In this document: positions 60,057 through 64,000 of the stretch, in pieces
How positions within the stretch are numbered: position 1 is the stretch's first letter
Layout: every line of letters begins with the position of its first letter
Source of the DNA: Pirellula staleyi DSM 6068
GTDB lineage: Bacteria; Planctomycetota; Planctomycetia; Pirellulales; Pirellulaceae
Length of the DNA stretch: 64,000 nucleotides
Direction: 5' to 3'
Assembly: GCA_000025185.1 (NCBI GenBank)
Contig: CP001848.1
Span: 1,671,699 to 1,735,698, forward strand
Position numbers and translations under genes: made by a program
Notes under the pieces: model-generated
The model's database searches: none
What the model was told of the DNA's origin: nothing
What the model saw: the letters and a program-made list of their open reading frames with translations, nothing else

Positions 60057-60629
60057 TTAGTGCGGCTTTTCGGTCGAAGTGGCGGTCGGCTTGCCGTGAC
60101 CTGCAGCACCCTTGGGTGGCTTCGGGGCAAAAGTCAGCACCGTGATGGCACCGACAGCAATCAGAATCAAACCGGCAGCGAAGAACGGATTGATTTGCGA
60201 CCAGGTGTTGTTGCGATACATCGTGACGAACGTGCTGATCATTGGCGCACAGCCAAAAACGATCGGCATCACATAGGCCACGCTCTGCACACCACCGGCG
60301 CTGAGTGCCATCAGTAGTCCAAAGGCACCAAGAGCACCGACCGCGCCAGCGATGAAGCTCCACAGAGCGCCGCTGAACGTCCAGCCACTCATCAGGCCGT
60401 TCCCCTTGTCGTGTCCAAAGAGGTACATCACGACGATGGGACCGAGAATGGCCACCACAAAGTAAGCAAAGCCGACGCAGATGAACGGACGCATGCGACC
60501 AGGATCAGGCACGTCGGCTGTCTTAAATCCGTGATGTCCGATTTGCAGCAGCGGCCCGTAGGTCCCCCAAAACAGTGCGGTCACCAGGGCGAACCCAGCA
60601 GCATAGAGGTTGATTCCGAATAGGTTCAT
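60057..60629 (-). CDS. Hypothetical polytopic membrane protein (about 190 aa, 5-6 TM).
   Basis: Start ATG 60629 (MNLFGINLYAAGFALVTALFWGTYGPLL...). Hydrophobic throughout. C-terminus PKPPKGAAGHGKPTATSTEKPH. Confidence 0.5.
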   Translation of the reverse strand: MNLFGINLYAAGFALVTALFWGTYGPLLQIGHHGFKTADVPDPGRMRPFICVGFAYFVVAILGPIVVMYLFGHDKGNGLMSGWTFSGALWSFIAGAVGALGAFGLLMALSAGGVQSVAYVMPIVFGCAPMISTFVTMYRNNTWSQINPFFAAGLILIAVGAITVLTFAPKPPKGAAGHGKPTATSTEKPH

Positions 60630-60805
60630 CGCAAGGTTTCCTTCAAGGCAAATGGTTGTTGGTAGGCGATGGAAGGGGAGTAGCGAAGCCACCTGCCAAG
60701 CGGCCGATCGCTTAGTTGTTGAAACGGCTATGGAAAACTGTAGCAGATCGATGGGAAGGGGGGCAGTCTGGCTCCCGAGGGGAGATTGCTCGGCGCGGGG
60801 ACAAG

Positions 60806-61600
60806 CTACGGCGCTAAGCTCGGTTTTTGGGCCAGCAGCGTGCGGTCTTTCAGAATGTCGTAGAGCGGGTTGTCTTTCTCGCCGCAGAAGCCGAGATGCA
60901 AGTGCTTGCGCCACCCTTCCGCGTGCGAGAAAATACAGCTCATGCGCCCCAGCATGGCGTCAAGCTCTTGCATCCGGTCGAGGTACGAATTGAGCCCCTG
61001 GCTTTCGTCGAGCCACTGTTTTTGGCTCACATGCTTGGCGAGCATTTTTCGCTTCTGCTCGACGAGGTCCGAAATATCGATCACCAAATCGGGCTCGACG
61101 ATTCGCCCCAACGGGTCGTAGTGCGAGTAGGGCTGAGCGTGGTAGACCGTCACTTTCTGCTGCACCGCCGGGCGTGGTGGATCGACCTTAAAGTTGGGCA
61201 TCCCGCGTGTAAAGGCGGCTGTTGTCGCTAGGCGGCAGGTGTTCGTGTGATCCTCCATGTAGTCCGACGGCGAATGCGTGAGCAAGATCTCGGGGCTCAC
61301 GTCGCGAATGACCGAGGCGACTTTGCGAAGCGTGGGAACGTCGTACATCACCTCGAGATCGTGACAAATGCTTTCGTGAAAGATCGCGCCGATTTGATTG
61401 GCAGCGGCATAGGCTTCTTCACGTCGGATTCGCGCGGTCGTTTCGCCATCGTAGCGCGTACTGCCACACGAACCGTCGGCGAGGTTCCAGTAATGAATCT
61501 CGTACCCCGCTTTTCGCAGCAGCATGAGGGTCCCCGACATCAGGAACTCGATATCGTCGGGATGAGCAGCGATCGCCATCGCGGTTTTCATGACAGGCAT
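60806..61600 (-). CDS. PIG-L/LmbE-family N-acetylglucosaminyl deacetylase.
   Basis: AIAAHPDDIEFLMSGTL (AHPDDxE zinc motif). LTHSPSDYMEDH. Confidence 0.8.
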   Translation of the reverse strand: MPVMKTAMAIAAHPDDIEFLMSGTLMLLRKAGYEIHYWNLADGSCGSTRYDGETTARIRREEAYAAANQIGAIFHESICHDLEVMYDVPTLRKVASVIRDVSPEILLTHSPSDYMEDHTNTCRLATTAAFTRGMPNFKVDPPRPAVQQKVTVYHAQPYSHYDPLGRIVEPDLVIDISDLVEQKRKMLAKHVSQKQWLDESQGLNSYLDRMQELDAMLGRMSCIFSHAEGWRKHLHLGFCGEKDNPLYDILKDRTLLAQKPSLAP

Positions 61601-61767
61601 TTCATACGAGCGGAGGAACAGTCCTAGGAAGCTCGATTGTCGATTGCCCGCACGAAGGTTGTCAAATGGGGAGGGAAGTGGTCGGAGACGAGAAGCGAGA
61701 GGTTAGAGAAGCAGGATGTGGCACTGCACGCTCTTCGCACTCGTCTCTAGATCCTGATCCTTTCGGC

Positions 61768-62682
61768 TCAGATCCACAGCAGATCGATCACGCTGGTGGC
61801 GAGCAGCCCGATGCTGATGATGGCATTGATGGTGAAGAAGGCGAGGTTCACCCGCGCAAGATCGGTGGGCCGGACCACCCAGTGCTCGTAGATAAGTAAT
61901 GCCGCCACGATCGCCACGCTGAGGAGGTAGAGCCATCCCAGCGGCACTTGCGGTGAAAGAAAGGGGAGCACGAAGAGGGCCACGACGGTGAGCAAGTGAC
62001 AAACAGCAGCGAGGCGAAATGCGCCGGTCACTCCGAGCGTGGCGGGGATGCTGCGGAGGCCGATCGATTGATCGAACGAGGCATCCTGACAGGCATAGAT
62101 CATGTCGAAACCGGCGACCCAGGTAAGCACTGCCAGGCCCAGCATCGTCGGGGGAATCAGGTCCGAGGGGGTGTTGATGACGTAGTCGCCGCGCAGGGCA
62201 ATCCAGGCCGATAGCGGCGCTAGAGCCAGCGCGATGCCGAGCCAGAAGTGAGCCAGGCTCGTGAAGCGTTTGGTGTAGCTATAGCCCAGGAGGAACAGCA
62301 GCACCGGAATCGAAAGAGCCACCGGCAGCGTGTTGGGTAGAAAAATGAGTGTGCCAGCGATGAACAGCGCGCTCGAGGCCAGCGTGAACAGAATGACGGT
62401 CGGGAGCGAGAGTGTTCCCGCTGGCAAATGCCGCGCTGCAGTGCGGGGATTGGCGGCGTCGAATTGGCGATCGACGAGCCGATTGAAGGCCATGGCGGCC
62501 GAGCGGGCGCCGATCATGCAGACGAGAATCCCCACCAGATCGAGTGCGCGAAACGGCAGCATCACGCCGGTGGGGAGCGGTGTCGTCCAGGCCATCATGG
62601 CCGCCAGGAGCGCAAACGGTAGGGCAAAAACCGTGTGGCTGAAGCGGATCATCTCGAGCAAATGGCGAACAGTGGTGAGCAT
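61768..62682 (-). CDS. UbiA-family membrane prenyltransferase.
   Basis: 8-9 TM helices. NRLVDRQFDAANPRTAARHLPAG (Asp-rich motif 1). YSYTKRFT. Second motif around DMIYACQD. Confidence 0.7.
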   Translation of the reverse strand: MLTTVRHLLEMIRFSHTVFALPFALLAAMMAWTTPLPTGVMLPFRALDLVGILVCMIGARSAAMAFNRLVDRQFDAANPRTAARHLPAGTLSLPTVILFTLASSALFIAGTLIFLPNTLPVALSIPVLLFLLGYSYTKRFTSLAHFWLGIALALAPLSAWIALRGDYVINTPSDLIPPTMLGLAVLTWVAGFDMIYACQDASFDQSIGLRSIPATLGVTGAFRLAAVCHLLTVVALFVLPFLSPQVPLGWLYLLSVAIVAALLIYEHWVVRPTDLARVNLAFFTINAIISIGLLATSVIDLLWI

Positions 62683-62742
62683 AGATCTTGCCCCGCAAAA
62701 AGGGGCGAAAGTTAACGGAGCCGAGTGAATGGTGAAGCGTGA

Positions 62743-63786
62743 TTAGGGGCGTTTGGCGCAGGCATCGCGGGCGATCGACAAAGCGCCGATCACCACCACG
62801 TTTTCGCCGAGGCTGGCGGGGACGATCTGGTAGGTTTTGGCGAGTGGCGGAAAGACATAGCGATCGACCGAATCTCGCAGCGGCGCAAAGAAATGGGTTT
62901 CGCCGATCATCGAGACCCCCCCACCAATCACCACGGTTTCGATCGCCAGCAGCGTGATGACCTGAGCCACTCCCCAGCCGAGCACCACCGCTGCATGCTC
63001 GATCACCTCGCGGGCCACTTCGTTCCCTTCGGCGGCAGCTTGTGCCACCTGTTTGGCGGTGAGTTTGTCGACGTCGCCACCACAGCGGTCGACTAAATCT
63101 TGCAGGAACTCAGCCTCGGTTTGACGAGCGTTTTCTAGCTGTTTTTCGAGCGACATCCGCCCAACCATGGCCATCTGCTTACGCAGGGAATCGAGTGAGC
63201 GCGACACTTGGCCATTGATGCGTGCGGTGGCTGCTGCGGCGATTGCAGGACCAGCGCACATCGACTCGACGGTCAGTTCGGGCCGATCGTCGTGCAGTCC
63301 GGGACGAAGATGGCCGATCTCGGCTGCAGCGGGGCGATTTGCGCCAAACAGCTTGCCCCCTAGCACAAGACCTCCACCGACACCTGTCCCCACCGTGACG
63401 TAGAAAACCGAGTCGCTCCCCTTCCCTGCTCCATACGTCGCCTCAGCCACTGCGGCAGCATCGCAATCGTTGGCCATCGTGGCGGCCAGGCCAAGAGTCT
63501 CCTGGCACCAGCGTGCGAGGGGAAATTGGTTCCACCCTTTCACCTGATGGCTGCAGGTGACCACACCATGCTTGGCATCGATCGGACCGCCAAAACCGAT
63601 TCCCACATGCCGGAGTGGATACTTCCGCGCGAAAACAATCGCCTGCTTCTCGATCGACTCGAGAATTCCCGAGGCACCACGCGCAAGGTCGACGTCGGTT
63701 CGCACAAGTTCCACGATGGTCTCGGGCGACTGATCGCAGACGCCGAGCTGCAACTTGGTGCCACCAATTTCGATCCCCAGGAGCAT
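62743..63786 (-). CDS. ROK-family sugar kinase (glucokinase/N-acetylglucosamine-kinase-like).
   Basis: MLLGIEIGGTKLQLGV N-terminal ATP motif, GIGFGGPID, VTVGTGVGGGLV, EIGHL. Confidence 0.75.
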   Translation of the reverse strand: MLLGIEIGGTKLQLGVCDQSPETIVELVRTDVDLARGASGILESIEKQAIVFARKYPLRHVGIGFGGPIDAKHGVVTCSHQVKGWNQFPLARWCQETLGLAATMANDCDAAAVAEATYGAGKGSDSVFYVTVGTGVGGGLVLGGKLFGANRPAAAEIGHLRPGLHDDRPELTVESMCAGPAIAAAATARINGQVSRSLDSLRKQMAMVGRMSLEKQLENARQTEAEFLQDLVDRCGGDVDKLTAKQVAQAAAEGNEVAREVIEHAAVVLGWGVAQVITLLAIETVVIGGGVSMIGETHFFAPLRDSVDRYVFPPLAKTYQIVPASLGENVVVIGALSIARDACAKRP

Positions 63787-63854
63787 GCGACAGCCTACTT
63801 GCGAATACGGGTGGCGGAGGAACAGCTACGCGCGGTGTGCGCGGGATGCGATGG

Positions 63855-64000
63855 TTAGCCTTGGGCGTAGCGACCTACTTGATTGATGCGCGCGAAGACG
63901 TCGTTGAGCACCCAGTGGAATAGGCACATGTGGATGCTCTCGACCATCCCCATGTCGTCGAGCGGGACATGCAAATTGTGCTGGGCGAGGGTCATGAGTT
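63855..64000 (-). CDS. Possible 3' end of a gene running off the window end. Open frame with no stop up to base 64000; stop TAA at 63855-63857.
   Basis: ...[47 protein letters not shown]. Too short to classify. Confidence 0.2.
   Translation of the reverse strand, partial: LMTLAQHNLHVPLDDMGMVESIHMCLFHWVLNDVFARINQVGRYAQG

Overview
High-GC (~60%) bacterial chromosome segment whose gene content looks Planctomycetota-like (a Pirellulales-type genome is my guess). The evidence is a giant adhesin-like protein, tandem DUF1559 pseudopilin-like genes with the [13 protein letters not shown] leader, DUF1573, DUF4339 and three DUF1080 paralogs. I did not see a canonical defence or secretion system.

The most striking structure is a perfect inverted repeat of at least 754 bp. 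Window positions 1-754 are the reverse complement of 16184-16937. It makes the 3' end of a second, window-truncated giant RTX-type gene identical to the 3' end of the complete 4153-aa giant gene (16185-28646, minus strand). Identity stops exactly one base past the stop codon. The repeat brackets about 15.4 kb carrying metK, a ZIP transporter, a DUF1573 gene, a zinc-ribbon/PilM-like fusion gene, two DUF1559 genes and glmS. Both giant-gene stops are followed by heptamer microsatellites, perfect at one copy and degenerate at the other.

The remaining 35 kb carries these genes:
- a DUF1080 protein
- an NfeD-like/flotillin pair
- panB
- lnt
- an operon of a coiled-coil membrane protein plus two small single-TM paralogs
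- a PhyH-like gene
- methyltransferases
- an EEP-family hydrolase
- gyrA
- ugd
- a zinc-ribbon protein with a prenyltransferase/squalene-oxidase-repeat domain
- two tandem DUF4339-like membrane proteins
- an orphan HicB-like antitoxin next to an IS5-family element
- two more DUF1080 genes
- a DEAD-box helicase
- an ArsR/SRPBCC pair
- a PIG-L/UbiA/ROK cluster

The IS5-family element (54043-54901) sits between the stop codon of a DUF1080 gene and what looks like that gene's original terminator. The gyrA CTD carries an acidic insertion and a second QRRGGKG box. Several Rho-independent terminators and two sigma70-like promoters are proposed from sequence alone. All family calls come from motif recognition by eye; nothing was searched against a database.
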